A stretch of 64,000 nucleotides of DNA from NCBI GenBank assembly GCA_963733295.1, contig CAVTCS010000003.1, positions 1,440,001 to 1,504,000 on the forward strand. The letters run 5' to 3'. Each line of letters begins with the position of its first letter. The first letter of the stretch is position 1. Under the pieces are notes generated by a model. The model ran no database searches and was not told where the DNA came from. It was given only the letters and a program-made list of their open reading frames with translations. A program made the position numbers and the translations under genes. Below are positions 26,475 through 36,486 of this stretch, one piece after another. The stretch is from Vulcanimicrobiota bacterium. GTDB taxonomy: Bacteria > Vulcanimicrobiota > Vulcanimicrobiia > Vulcanimicrobiales > Vulcanimicrobiaceae.

Positions 26475-27035
26475 CTAGGAAAGCCAACGCACCACCGATT
26501 CGATCTGCCGCGGCCGGCCCTGCGGCGGCTCCATCGCGGGGCGACCCAGGTAAACGAACGCGACGATCCGGTCCCCGTTGTCGAGGCCAAGTACCGCTTT
26601 TACCTCATTACGATACGCCATTTCGCCAGTCCGCCACATCGCGCCGAATCCTCGCGCGTAGGCGGCCAAGAGAAGATTCTCCACCGCGGCCGCGCCGGCT
26701 GCGAAATCTTCGGAGGCAACGACCGGGTCGGGGTCGGTACGGACGCTGACAACGATCACCACCGGCGCGCGCAAGAGTTTGCCGGCTTCGCGCTCGAGCG
26801 CGCCCGTGCGGGCCTCTCCGCTCAGCTTCGTTTCGTTTTCGACGACCGACGCCCAGGCCGCACCGACCCGTTCGCGCGCAGCACCCTTTAAAACGGTGAA
26901 ACGCCACGGCTCGGTGAGCCGGTGGTTCGGCGCCCAGAGGGCGGCTTCGATGAGCGCCCGGATCTCTTCGTCCGGCACGTCGCCGCCCAGTTTTCCGATG
27001 CTCCGCCGCGTGCGGAGCGCTTCCATGACGTCCAT
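26475..27035 (-). CDS. Nitroreductase family protein (YdjA-like)
   Basis: RTRRSI, APNHRLTEPWRF and NLLLAAYARGFGAMWRTG. Confidence 0.9.
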   Translation of the reverse strand: MDVMEALRTRRSIGKLGGDVPDEEIRALIEAALWAPNHRLTEPWRFTVLKGAARERVGAAWASVVENETKLSGEARTGALEREAGKLLRAPVVIVVSVRTDPDPVVASEDFAAGAAAVENLLLAAYARGFGAMWRTGEMAYRNEVKAVLGLDNGDRIVAFVYLGRPAMEPPQGRPRQIESVVRWLS

Positions 27036-27094
27036 CGATCCTCGCCGGCAGAATGATCGCGCCGGACCCGTTTCCGAATCCGGCGCGTCGCAAC

Positions 27095-27171
27095 TGGCGA
27101 CGTTGAAGGGGCTCGAACCCTCGACCTCCGCCGTGACAGGGCGGCGCTCTAACCAACTGAGCTACAACGCC
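27095..27171 (-). tRNA. tRNA-Asp (GTC)
   Basis: GGCGTTGTAGCTCAGTTGGTTAGAGCGCCGCCCT-GTC-ACGGCGGAGGTCGAGGGTTCGAGCCCCTTCAACGTCGCCA. Confidence 0.96.
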
Positions 27172-27276
27172 AGGCTCAAGGTGGGGCGCGTTCGCCCGGG
27201 GAGGCCCGGCAGCCTGCGCTCTAGCGTACAACGTTTGTCAAGGCGGCTCCGGTGCGGAATTCGGAACCATTTCAAA

Positions 27277-27351
27277 TGGTGGGCACGGTTGGGATTGAAC
27301 CAACGACCCCCCGCGTGTGAAGCGGATGCTCTCCCACTGAGCTACGCGCCC
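27277..27351 (-). tRNA. tRNA-Val (CAC)
   Basis: GGGCGCGTAGCTCAGTGGGAGAGCATCCGCTT-CAC-ACGCGGGGGGTCGTTGGTTCAATCCCAACCGTGCCCACCA. Confidence 0.95.
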
Positions 27352-27614
27352 GCGCCTCGACTCTTCCACGGCTCCGGCGCCGTTCCGCCCTCGCGCGGAA
27401 GAGGCCGCGCCGCGTGCGTGCTCCGAAGCTCGCTCGGCTTTCGATCTTTAAATGCGGCACGCAGCCGGTCTGCTTCTCGACAAATGTCGCCGGCGACGGT
27501 ACTGCGTTCGAGATCAGCACCGCGACGCCGTCGCTCCTACCGCCTCGATTGTAAAGCTTCGAACGTAGGCGTAGGCTGGGAAGGCCGGGCAAGCGGGGTA
27601 TATAAGCATCCCAC

Positions 27615-28043
27615 ATGCTCGAGGACTACCGCTACGTCCACCGCTTCCCGGTCCCGTTTTCCGACGTGGATATGCTGCAACACGTCAACAACGTTGCCTA
27701 CGTCCGTTGGGCCGAGGAGATCCGCAGCTCGTATTTCGCCGAGATTCTTCACGAAGACATCGGCGGCGAGCGCGGCATCATCATCGCCAAGTTGGAGATC
27801 GTGTACGAGCGTCCGCTCTTCTACCACGACGAGGTCGCGATCGGTTGCCGGGTGAGCCGCATCGGACGCAAATCCTTCGACATTTCGTATGAAATCTGGA
27901 ACGAAGGGGAACAGGTCCGCTGCGCTCATCTGCACACGCCGATGGTCGCTTTCAACTACGTCACGAATGCCACGGTTGTCGTTCCGGATGTCTGGCGCGA
28001 ACTTATCGCCGCGTTCGAAACCGCGCCGGTGGGCGTCGCGTGA
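27615..28043 (+). CDS. Acyl-CoA thioesterase (4HBT/hot-dog fold)
   Basis: FSDVDMLQHVNNVAY, YERPL and RIGRKSF. Confidence 0.9.
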   Translation: MLEDYRYVHRFPVPFSDVDMLQHVNNVAYVRWAEEIRSSYFAEILHEDIGGERGIIIAKLEIVYERPLFYHDEVAIGCRVSRIGRKSFDISYEIWNEGEQVRCAHLHTPMVAFNYVTNATVVVPDVWRELIAAFETAPVGVA

Positions 28044-28060
28044 AAGCCGTGTGGTGAGCG

Positions 28061-29395
28061 ATGCCGGATCGTAGCGCCGCGCTCACCCTCGAAGCGCTGC
28101 AGCTCCTGTTCGGGGAGAGCTACGCGCGCGATTTCTCCGTTCGGCTCTGGACGGGCGCAACCGTGGCAGCCGAGCGTCAAGCACGCTTTACGCTCGCGGT
28201 CAACGCGCCTTATGCACTGCGAGCCGCCTTTGCGCCGCCCGTCGACCTCAACCCCGGCCGAGCCTTCGCGAACGGTTTGATCGACGTCAGCGGCGATCTC
28301 GAAGCCGGCGTCGACGCGCTGATGAGCGCGCTCTCGCACGTACCGCGCCGTTCGCTCGGGCGGCTAACGGCAACGCTCGCCCGGCTGCCGCGAGAGCGGC
28401 AGATCGCCGGCGACGCGGGGCCGCGCATGCGCGGACTACGTCATTCACGCCGCCGCGACGCGGCGGCGGTCGGCTTCCATTACGATCAGGTGCTCCCTTT
28501 CTTTCGCTCGTTCCTCGACGAGAATCTGGTCTATTCGTGCGGCTATTTCGACACCGGCGCCGAAACGCTCGGCGAGGCGCAACTGGCCAAGATCGACTAC
28601 ATCCTCGCGAAACTGCAACTCGAGCCCGGCCAACGGCTGCTCGATATCGGCTGCGGTTGGGGGGCTCTGGTCATGCGCGCGGCCGAGAAATTCGGCGCGC
28701 AAGCCTTCGGCATAACCCTCAGCCGCGGACAATGCAAGGAGGCGCGTAAGCGCATCGCGGCGCGTGGCCTGAGCGACCGTGCGACGGTCGAGCTTTGGGA
28801 CTACCGCGACCTCGGCGAGCTCGGGTTCGACAGGATCGCAAGCGTCGGCATGATCGAACACGTAGGACGCGAGCGGACCGGGCTCTACTTCGAAGCGGCT
28901 TTCCGCGCGCTGCGGCCCGGGGGCTTGTTTCTCAATCACGGCATCGCCGACCAGTCGCATGCGCGGCGCGGGGAGCGCACCTCGGGCTTCATCGACCGCT
29001 TCGTCTTCCCCGATGGCGACCTGTTGCCGGTCTCGGAGGCGCTGCTCTTCGCCGAGCGCGCCGGCTTCGAACTTCGCGACGTCGAGAATCTTCGCGAAAA
29101 CTACGCTCGTACCGCACGCGCCTGGGTCGCGAACCTCGAGCGGAACGCTGCGCAGGCGATCGCAGCCAGCAGCGAGCGGACCTATCGCGTTTGGCGTTTG
29201 TACATGGCGGGAAGCGCGCAGGGTTTCCGTTCCGGGCGCTTGGGAATTTTTCAATCGCTGCTCGCAAAACCCCATAGCGACGGCAGCGTCGAAGCTCGCT
29301 CGCGGCGGGGTCTCTACGCGCCCGCGCCCTCGCCCACACCGGCAACTCCCGCGCCGGCCACCTCGACGGCGCTCACCTTCGGAGTACGCTCGTGA
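28061..29395 (+). CDS. cfa: Cyclopropane-fatty-acyl-phospholipid synthase family methyltransferase
   Basis: FHYD, YSCGYF, LLDIGCGWG, SVGMIEHVG, FVFPDG and RVWRLYMAGSA. Confidence 0.9.
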   Translation: MPDRSAALTLEALQLLFGESYARDFSVRLWTGATVAAERQARFTLAVNAPYALRAAFAPPVDLNPGRAFANGLIDVSGDLEAGVDALMSALSHVPRRSLGRLTATLARLPRERQIAGDAGPRMRGLRHSRRRDAAAVGFHYDQVLPFFRSFLDENLVYSCGYFDTGAETLGEAQLAKIDYILAKLQLEPGQRLLDIGCGWGALVMRAAEKFGAQAFGITLSRGQCKEARKRIAARGLSDRATVELWDYRDLGELGFDRIASVGMIEHVGRERTGLYFEAAFRALRPGGLFLNHGIADQSHARRGERTSGFIDRFVFPDGDLLPVSEALLFAERAGFELRDVENLRENYARTARAWVANLERNAAQAIAASSERTYRVWRLYMAGSAQGFRSGRLGIFQSLLAKPHSDGSVEARSRRGLYAPAPSPTPATPAPATSTALTFGVRS

Positions 29396-29850
29396 ACGCC
29401 GAACCGCCGCTGATCAGTTCGAGCGTCGCAGGTCCGCTCGGCGTCGCGCATTTGCCGAGACTCTGGCTGAAGATCTTGCTCTATGCGTGCGGGCGCCTTC
29501 CCGAAGGCTACCGTCACGGCGAAGGCGGCTTCGACGAGTTCCTTTGTACGAATCTCGGCATCGACCGGGATAGCTTCGTCGAATACATCTCGACGGAAAA
29601 GCCCGACTATCTCGCACTCGAGCGCTGGGTGCGCGCGCACGCTTCGAACCTCACCCAAGAGGCGATCGAAGCGCACAATGCCGCCATCCTCGGCGCGGAT
29701 ATGCCCGAGGACCGGGTGGCCGCGCGGCGCGCCGCACTTGGTATCACCGACGCGAACTTCTCGAACAGCGTGAAGCTCAACGATCTCGACGATTGGGCAG
29801 GCGCTCACGCACGTTTGGTGTATACTCCCGTAGATTCCGGGGGCGCGTAG
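29392..29850 (+). CDS. DUF5069-like hypothetical protein
   Basis: GPLGVAHLPRLWLK...GY...FDEFL...LGID...F and LNDLDDW; coupled to cfa. Confidence 0.6.
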   Translation: MNAEPPLISSSVAGPLGVAHLPRLWLKILLYACGRLPEGYRHGEGGFDEFLCTNLGIDRDSFVEYISTEKPDYLALERWVRAHASNLTQEAIEAHNAAILGADMPEDRVAARRAALGITDANFSNSVKLNDLDDWAGAHARLVYTPVDSGGA

Positions 29851-29915
29851 CTCAGGGGGAGAGCGCTACATTGACACTGTAGAGGTCCGAGGTTCGAAAC
29901 CTCGCGTGCCCACCA
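29841..29915 (+). tRNA. tRNA-Val (GAC)
   Basis: GGGCGCGTAGCTCAGGGGGAGAGCGCTACATT-GAC-ACTGTAGAGGTCCGAGGTTCGAAACCTCGCGTGCCCACCA. Confidence 0.95.
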
Positions 29916-29917
29916 TT

Positions 29918-29950
29918 GAAACCCTTACGCCATAAGGGTTTCTCTTTTTG
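29918..29950 (+). terminator. Intrinsic terminator after tRNA-Val(GAC)
   Basis: GAAACCCTTA-CGCCA-TAAGGGTTTC followed by TCTTTTTG. Confidence 0.8.
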
Positions 29951-29977
29951 TGATGACGACCAGAGCGTCTCAGCGAC

Positions 29978-31615
29978 TCATCGATGAGACGCGGGGAGCA
30001 CGCGCGCTCGGGGCTCCGCGGCGGCGCTCGGCATAATCTGAAACGCCGTGAGGTTATGACTCTCGTCGGTGACGTACACGACGCCGCGCGCGATCATCGG
30101 GCTCTCCCAATGAACGCCACCGATCGTGGCGCTAGTGAGCACTGCACCCGTCGTCGCATCGAGAGCGTCGAGTTGGCCGCTCGCCGCGACGTAGACAACG
30201 CCGGCCCGGACAGCTGCGGAGGTCCCCTCACCACCCAGTGAGAGGCTCGTCTTCCAGACTTGGGTGAGTTGGCTCGAGCCGCCCAACGTCGTCAGCGTGT
30301 ACGCGTACATGCCGTCGGGAAGTCCGACGTAGACGTAGAGCGGGCCGCCCGGAGCTTGGTAAATCGCCGGCGCGCTATACACCTTCGCGTCGAGCGAAAT
30401 CGTCTGCAGTACCGCAGCCGAACCCGTCAGGTTCGTGCGATCGACAAGACGCAGCAGCTGGTCTTTCCCGCCTTGCACGGCCATCAGCGGCGTGTTGCTA
30501 GTCGGTTGACGCGGAATGAGCGCGGGCGAGGTGCTTCCGAGATCGAGATCTTCTTCCTGCAGTAGCAGCGCGTTCGCCGGCGCGTAGTAGCCGATGAGCG
30601 ACGACATGTCGGGCTTGAGCGAGAGCATCGAATCGCCGTAGTCGCCGCTTGGGGGATCGTAGTCGCCGTTACCCGTCGCCGCAAACACCGCATCCCCCAT
30701 TTCCGGATCGGGGTCGACGACGGGTCCGGCGCGCGACCATAAGCCTGAGTCGCTTTGAGCGCACGTCGACGGATTGATCACTGTCGTCTGCGACGAGCAG
30801 AGCGAATTGAAGACGTGCAACTGCCCCGTCGACGTGCTGATCGCGACGACGTGGCCGACGTACGGCGGCGCATCGCCATTGTAGCCCGACGTCTGGGCGT
30901 AGACATACCCGTTCGCGACATTGAGCGGAGAGGCGTCTTTTTCGGTGGCGGTCGCGATCGTGATCGTAACGGGGAAGCCGTGCGAGGTGTCCTCGACACC
31001 GGTCAAGGGATTGAGGCGGTGGATCTTGCCGTCGACGCCACCGGCGTAGAGTTCGTTGGCGCTGGTATCGTACGCGGGCTCCGAGGTCGTTATGTTCCTG
31101 CCCGAGGTGGTAAACGTCCAGATCTTCGCGCCCGACGACGCCGAGATGCCGTACGTGGTGCCGTTATGCACCGTTACGAAGAGCATCCCGCTCCACTCGA
31201 TCGGCGACGTATCGGCGATGTCGCCGAGGTTCGTTTGCCACAGTTGCTTCAGCGCTAGTGTCCCGGGCGTTCCGGCCTCGTTGCTAACGCCGCTGCGCGC
31301 CGAGTCGTGCTCGTCGAGCGGCCAATCGTCGAGCGTCGCGGGCGTCGTGCCCGTCGACGTCGGGGCGGGTGTGGGTGACGCGCCGCCCGAAGCCGACGCG
31401 GCCGGCGAGGCGCTCGGCGTCCTCGAGGGCGTCGCAGGCGTTTGGCCGTGCCCGCTGCACGCGCACAGAATCGCGGCAGCGACGACGATTGAAAACGAAA
31501 CTCGAGGAGAGCAGCGCAAGACAGCCTCGCATCGCGGCTTTGGAAGGCTCACCGTGAAATGCTGGTGAGGTTCTTTCCGACCTCTTCCAGCTCGGTCCCA
31601 CAAAAACTCTCCCAC
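29978..31615 (-). CDS. PQQ-binding-like beta-propeller lipoprotein (true start probably about 100 nt inside the ORF)
   Basis: Lipobox-like LCAC, DWP...HDSARSG, YGISASSGAKIW, ATGNG, DLDLGS and ALDATTGAVL. Confidence 0.78.
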   Translation of the reverse strand: MGEFLWDRAGRGRKEPHQHFTVSLPKPRCEAVLRCSPRVSFSIVVAAAILCACSGHGQTPATPSRTPSASPAASASGGASPTPAPTSTGTTPATLDDWPLDEHDSARSGVSNEAGTPGTLALKQLWQTNLGDIADTSPIEWSGMLFVTVHNGTTYGISASSGAKIWTFTTSGRNITTSEPAYDTSANELYAGGVDGKIHRLNPLTGVEDTSHGFPVTITIATATEKDASPLNVANGYVYAQTSGYNGDAPPYVGHVVAISTSTGQLHVFNSLCSSQTTVINPSTCAQSDSGLWSRAGPVVDPDPEMGDAVFAATGNGDYDPPSGDYGDSMLSLKPDMSSLIGYYAPANALLLQEEDLDLGSTSPALIPRQPTSNTPLMAVQGGKDQLLRLVDRTNLTGSAAVLQTISLDAKVYSAPAIYQAPGGPLYVYVGLPDGMYAYTLTTLGGSSQLTQVWKTSLSLGGEGTSAAVRAGVVYVAASGQLDALDATTGAVLTSATIGGVHWESPMIARGVVYVTDESHNLTAFQIMPSAAAEPRARVLPASHR

Positions 31616-31681
31616 ATGTCAGAAAATGTGAAGGATATCGCTCGCGCGGGGTTTTTTCTTGGCGAAAGCGGATAACGCCGC

Positions 31682-33346
31682 ATGGCGATGCGATCGGGAG
31701 CGCGGCTGCTCGTCGACGCGCTGACGCGGAACGGGACCGACACCGCGTACTGCGTCCCCGGCGAGAGTTATTTGCACGTCCTCGACGCGCTGGCCGATAC
31801 GCCGCAGATTCGCGTGATCGTCTGCCGCCAAGAAGGCGGAGCGGCCAACATGGCCGACGCCTACGGCAAATTGACGGGCCGCCCCGGGATTTGCTTCGTG
31901 ACGCGCGGCCCCGGCGCGACCAACGCCAGCATCGGCGTGCACACCGCAATGCAGGATTCGACGCCGATGATTCTGTTCGTGGGGCAGGTCGCGCGCGCCA
32001 ATCTCGGCCGGGAAGCTTTTCAAGAAGTCGATCTGCCGCGCATGTTCGGGGGCCTCGCGAAGTGGGCGGCACAGATCGATTCGGCCGGGCGCATTCCCGA
32101 AATGGTCGAGCGCGCCTTTGCAACGGCGCTTTCGGGGCGGCAAGGACCGGTCGTGCTGGCGCTACCGGAGGACGTCTTGAGCGAAAAGGCGGAAGTCGCC
32201 GACGTTCCCGCCGCGCTCCAAGTACAAGCTTACCCCGCCGAACCCGAGTTGCGCGCTTTTCACGAAATGCTCGCCGCGGCGGAACGTCCGCTCGTCATTC
32301 TCGGCGGGAGCGGCTGGGACGAGCAGGCGTGCCGAGCCCTGCACGCTTTCGTCCGCGACAATTCGTTGCCGGTGACGTGCTCGTTCCGGCGACAGGATCT
32401 GTTCGACAATCGCGATCCACACTATGCCGGTGACGCCGGCGTCGGGATCAACCCGGCCCTCGGCGCGCGCATCAAGCGCGCCGATCTGATCCTCGCGCTG
32501 GGCGCGCGCTTGGGCGAGATGCCGACTTCGAACTACACATTGATCGAAGCGCCACGGCCGAAGCAACGCCTCGTTCACGTTCACGCCGATCCCGGCGAGC
32601 TCGGCCGCGTGTATCGTGCCGATCTCGCCATCAACGCCGGCGCAGCGCATTTCGCCGCGGCGCTGCGCACCCTGCCGAAGATCGAAGCTCCGCGCTGGAA
32701 GGCGTGGACCACCGAAGCCCGCGCCGACTACGAGGCCAACGTCGCGCCTGCTCCGATGAGCGGCACGTTGAATCTCGGCGACGCGGTACGTTACCTTTCG
32801 GAGTATTTGCCCGAAGACGCGATCCTCACCAACGGCGCGGGCAATTACTCGGGTTGGGTTCACCGCTTCTTTCAATTCAAGCGCCCGCGCACGCAACTCG
32901 CGCCGACCAGCGGCGCGATGGGTTACGGCGTTCCGGCGGCGGTTGCGGCGAAGCTGCGCTACCCCGAACGCACGGTGATCGCGTTCGCCGGCGACGGCTG
33001 CTTTCTGATGAACGGGCAAGAGCTTGCAACGGCGGTTCAGTACGGCGCGTCGCTTGTGGTGATCGTCGTCAACAACGGAATGTACGGCACGATCCGTATG
33101 CATCAAGAACGCCACTTCCCCGGCCGCGTCTTCGCGACCGATTTGGTCAATCCGGACTTCGTCGCGCTCGCCCAGGCGTACGGCGCCTACGGAGAACTCG
33201 TCGAGCGCACCGAAGACTTCGCGGCCGCCTTCGGACGCGCCGAAAGCGCCGGCCGTCCCGCGCTGCTCGAGCTTCGCGTCGATCCCGAAGCGATCAACAC
33301 CCGCACGACGATCAGCGCCTTGCGCAGCGCCGCGACGAGCCGCTAG
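31682..33346 (+). CDS. Thiamine-diphosphate-dependent enzyme, acetolactate synthase large-subunit-like
   Basis: VPGESYL, RQEGGAANMA, TRGPGATN, SGAMGYG and GDGCFLMNGQEL...NNGMYGTIR. Confidence 0.92.
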   Translation: MAMRSGARLLVDALTRNGTDTAYCVPGESYLHVLDALADTPQIRVIVCRQEGGAANMADAYGKLTGRPGICFVTRGPGATNASIGVHTAMQDSTPMILFVGQVARANLGREAFQEVDLPRMFGGLAKWAAQIDSAGRIPEMVERAFATALSGRQGPVVLALPEDVLSEKAEVADVPAALQVQAYPAEPELRAFHEMLAAAERPLVILGGSGWDEQACRALHAFVRDNSLPVTCSFRRQDLFDNRDPHYAGDAGVGINPALGARIKRADLILALGARLGEMPTSNYTLIEAPRPKQRLVHVHADPGELGRVYRADLAINAGAAHFAAALRTLPKIEAPRWKAWTTEARADYEANVAPAPMSGTLNLGDAVRYLSEYLPEDAILTNGAGNYSGWVHRFFQFKRPRTQLAPTSGAMGYGVPAAVAAKLRYPERTVIAFAGDGCFLMNGQELATAVQYGASLVVIVVNNGMYGTIRMHQERHFPGRVFATDLVNPDFVALAQAYGAYGELVERTEDFAAAFGRAESAGRPALLELRVDPEAINTRTTISALRSAATSR

Positions 33347-33352
33347 CGCAAT

Positions 33353-34186
33353 TTAGCCGGCATCCAAGGCGTCCCACTCCGCTTGCGTCAGTTCGACCTG
33401 CGCGGCGGCGACGTTCTCCTCAAGGTGGGCGAGCGACGAAGTTCCCGGAATCGGCACGAGCGCCGGGGAGCGCTGCAAGAGCCATGCGAGGGCGATCTGC
33501 GCCGTCGTCGCGCCGTGCGCACGGGCGATGCGTGCCAGCGTCCCGCCCGCCTTGGCGAGGTCGCCTGCATCGATCGGAAAGTACGGAAAGAACGCGATTC
33601 CCTTGCGCTCGCATGCCTCGAGCAGCGGCTCGGACTCACGGTTCCCCACATTGTACGCGTTTTGCACCGAAACGATCGGCACGATTGACGCGGCTTCTTC
33701 GAGTTCCGCGAGGCTGACGTTCGAAATGCCGACGTGGCGGATCTTTCCCTCGCGCTGCAATTCGGCCAGCGCCCCGATGGATTCGGCCAAGGGCACGTTC
33801 GCGTCGGGGGAGTGGAGCTGGTACAAATCGATGCGCTCGAGCCGCAAGCGTCTCAGGCTGCCTTCGCAGGCCCAACGAAGATGCGCGGGGCGCCCGTCGG
33901 AAACCCAGCGGCCTTCGGGCCGCGTCGTGCCGCACTTGCTCGCGATGACGACGCCTTCGCGATATGGGGCGAGCGCTTCGGCGATCTGCTCTTCGTTGAC
34001 GAACGGTCCATAGGCGTCGGCCGTGTCGATCAAGCGCACGCCGAGTTCGACGGCGCGCCGCAGGACCGCGTGCGCGTTCGCGTCGTCGGCCGGCCGCCCC
34101 ATGATGCGAGGTCCGCACAAGCGCATCGCGCCGAAACCCATACGGGGCACGCTCAGGTCGCCGCCGATCGTTAGCGTTGACTCCAC
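33353..34186 (-). CDS. Aldo/keto reductase
   Basis: MGFGAMRL, IDTADAYG, IDLYQLH, VSVQN and PIPGTSS. Confidence 0.93.
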   Translation of the reverse strand: MESTLTIGGDLSVPRMGFGAMRLCGPRIMGRPADDANAHAVLRRAVELGVRLIDTADAYGPFVNEEQIAEALAPYREGVVIASKCGTTRPEGRWVSDGRPAHLRWACEGSLRRLRLERIDLYQLHSPDANVPLAESIGALAELQREGKIRHVGISNVSLAELEEAASIVPIVSVQNAYNVGNRESEPLLEACERKGIAFFPYFPIDAGDLAKAGGTLARIARAHGATTAQIALAWLLQRSPALVPIPGTSSLAHLEENVAAAQVELTQAEWDALDAG

Positions 34187-34275
34187 GTTCGTCTACCTCC
34201 GGAGGTTGAGCAATGGAACCGGGCGGGAAGGTTGCGGCGGAGGCGCGTCTCGCGCCGACGGCCAACTGCCCCGGG

Positions 34276-36018
34276 ATGCTGCCCGTCGCCGATAAACACG
34301 GTTCCCACGACGCCGTACCCCTTCCCGCGCTGCGTCATACTGCCGCGCACGTGCTCGCTTACGCCGTCCAGGATCTGTTCCCCGAGGCCAAGCCGACGAT
34401 CGGGCCTGCGATTGAAAACGGCTTCTATTACGACTTCGATCGCAACGAGCCGTTCACGCCGGAGGATCTCGTCCGTCTCGAAGATCGCATGCGCGAGATC
34501 GTCGCGGCGAATTACGAGATGACCGGGCGGCGCGTGACCCGCGAGGAAGCGCTCGCGGCGTTCGCCGGCAACGAGTATAAGCTCGAGCTCGCGCGCGAGA
34601 TTCCCGAAGGCGAACAGATCACGCTCTACACGATCGGAGCGTTCACGGATTTGTGTCGCGGTGGCCACGCCCACACGACGGGAGCGATCGGCGCGCTGAA
34701 GCTGACGAGCCTCGCCGGAGCGTACTGGCGCGGTGACGAGCACAACCCGATGTTGCAGCGCATCTACGGCACCGCTTTCCCGACGCAGGCCGAACTCGAC
34801 GCGCATCTGCTCATGTTCGAGGAAGCGTTAAAGCGCGATCATCGCAAGCTAGGCCAAGAACTCGAGCTCTTCTCGATCGAGGAGGATGCGGGCGGGGGGC
34901 TCGTTTTCTGGCATCCGAAGGGCGCCGTCGTACGCGGCATCGTCGAGAACTTCATTCGCGAAGGTCTGAGCGAGCGCGGTTACCATCAGGTCGTGACGCC
35001 GCACGTGGTCAGCGAACGTCTCTACGAAATCTCCGGACATCTCGAAAACTTCGCGCAAGGCATGTTCGGACCGCTCGAGGTCGAGGGTCAGCGTTTCCGG
35101 CTCAAACCGATGAACTGTCCCGGACACATCCTCATCTACAAGAGCCGGCCGCGCTCGTATCGCGACCTTCCTCTGCGCTACGCTGAATTCGGAACCGTCT
35201 ATCGCTTCGAGCGGAGCGGCACGCTGCACGGCTTGACGCGCGTGCGCGGCTTTACCCAGGACGACGCACACATCTTCTGTACGCCCGAGCAGTTGCAGGG
35301 CGAGTACGAGCGGACGGCCGACGAAGCGATCCGCTTGATCGAAGCTTTCGGTTTCGATCGCGTCGAGTATTTTCTCTCGACCCGCGAAAACCGCGGCGAT
35401 ACGGACGCGATCGCCGAAGAAGCGATTCGCAAGGCGCTCGAATCGCGCGGGCTGCCCTACGAGATCGATGCGGGCGGCGGTGCGTTCTACGGACCGAAGC
35501 TCGATCTCAACGTGCACGATGCGCTCGGGCGCATGTGGCAACTCGGCACGGTGCAGGTCGACTTCATGATGCCCGAGCGGTTCGCGCTCGAGTATCGCGG
35601 AAGCGACGGCGCCGAACACACGCCCGTCATGATTCACCGCGCCTTAGCGGGCTCGCTCGAGCGCTTTTTCGGCGTCTTGATCGAACACTACGGCGGCGCG
35701 TTCCCAGCTTGGCTGGCACCGGTCCAGGCCGTCGTCGTGCCGGTCTCGGAGCAGGTCATCGACTATGCGCGTTCGGTTCGCGAACGACTCGAAGCCGAAG
35801 GTTTTCGGATCGAGCTCGACGAGTCGAGCGAACGCCTCAACTACAAGATCAGACATTGGAAAACCCAGAAGGTTCCGTTCATTCTGGTCGTCGGTAAGAA
35901 CGAAGCGGCCGAAGGTTCCGTCTCGCCCAACGAGCGCGGCCTGGACGAGAAGCGGCCGGCTATTCCGCTCGAAGAGTTCGCGCGGGAATTGCGCGATCGC
36001 GTCAGCCGCAAGGTCTAA
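34276..36018 (+). CDS. thrS: Threonine--tRNA ligase (no N-terminal TGS domain)
   Basis: LRHTAAH, GFYYDF, DLCRGGH, RDHRKLG, LKPMNCPGH, RVRGFTQDDAH and HRALAGSLERF. Confidence 0.97.
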   Translation: MLPVADKHGSHDAVPLPALRHTAAHVLAYAVQDLFPEAKPTIGPAIENGFYYDFDRNEPFTPEDLVRLEDRMREIVAANYEMTGRRVTREEALAAFAGNEYKLELAREIPEGEQITLYTIGAFTDLCRGGHAHTTGAIGALKLTSLAGAYWRGDEHNPMLQRIYGTAFPTQAELDAHLLMFEEALKRDHRKLGQELELFSIEEDAGGGLVFWHPKGAVVRGIVENFIREGLSERGYHQVVTPHVVSERLYEISGHLENFAQGMFGPLEVEGQRFRLKPMNCPGHILIYKSRPRSYRDLPLRYAEFGTVYRFERSGTLHGLTRVRGFTQDDAHIFCTPEQLQGEYERTADEAIRLIEAFGFDRVEYFLSTRENRGDTDAIAEEAIRKALESRGLPYEIDAGGGAFYGPKLDLNVHDALGRMWQLGTVQVDFMMPERFALEYRGSDGAEHTPVMIHRALAGSLERFFGVLIEHYGGAFPAWLAPVQAVVVPVSEQVIDYARSVRERLEAEGFRIELDESSERLNYKIRHWKTQKVPFILVVGKNEAAEGSVSPNERGLDEKRPAIPLEEFARELRDRVSRKV

Positions 36019-36067
36019 CCTGCTTTCAATGCGGATTCTCAGGGAGCTCCCCTATGCTGTGCTCACC

Positions 36068-36439
36068 ATGAACCTTTTACGTCTTCTTCCGTCTCTCGCC
36101 GTCGCGCTTGCCCTTTTCTCCGCGCCGGCTTTTGCGCAGAGCTCGAGCGCGAGCCCGGTGCCCGCCGCATCGGCCGAGCCGGCACCGCCGGCGCATGCGC
36201 ATCACGTGAATCCGATGCGCACCGCGCTCGCCACGCTCGACCTCTCGGACGCTCAGAAAGCGCAGATCCAGAAGCTACACGAGCAAGCCAAGGCGGCGCG
36301 CGTAAACGGTCAGCCCATGTCGCACGCCGAGATGCTCAAGCAGCTCAACGCCATCCTGACGCCTGCCCAGCGCACGCAGCTCCAAGCTGCGCTCGACAAA
36401 GCGAAGGCCGCGCAGCAGCAACCGCCCGCGCAGCAGTAA
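36068..36439 (+). CDS. Spy/CpxP-like small secreted protein
   Basis: Signal peptide (AFA), LDLSDAQKAQI and ILTPAQR (LTxxQ) motifs. Confidence 0.7.
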   Translation: MNLLRLLPSLAVALALFSAPAFAQSSSASPVPAASAEPAPPAHAHHVNPMRTALATLDLSDAQKAQIQKLHEQAKAARVNGQPMSHAEMLKQLNAILTPAQRTQLQAALDKAKAAQQQPPAQQ

Positions 36440-36486
36440 CTTCCCGCGCGGCGGAGAGACGCGCAAGGGGCGCGAAACCTCGGCCG

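Noticed and set aside
34213..34330. thrS lacking the TGS domain as a sign of truncation
   Set aside because: The editing, catalytic and anticodon-binding domains are intact, and TGS-less ThrRS is a known natural variant.
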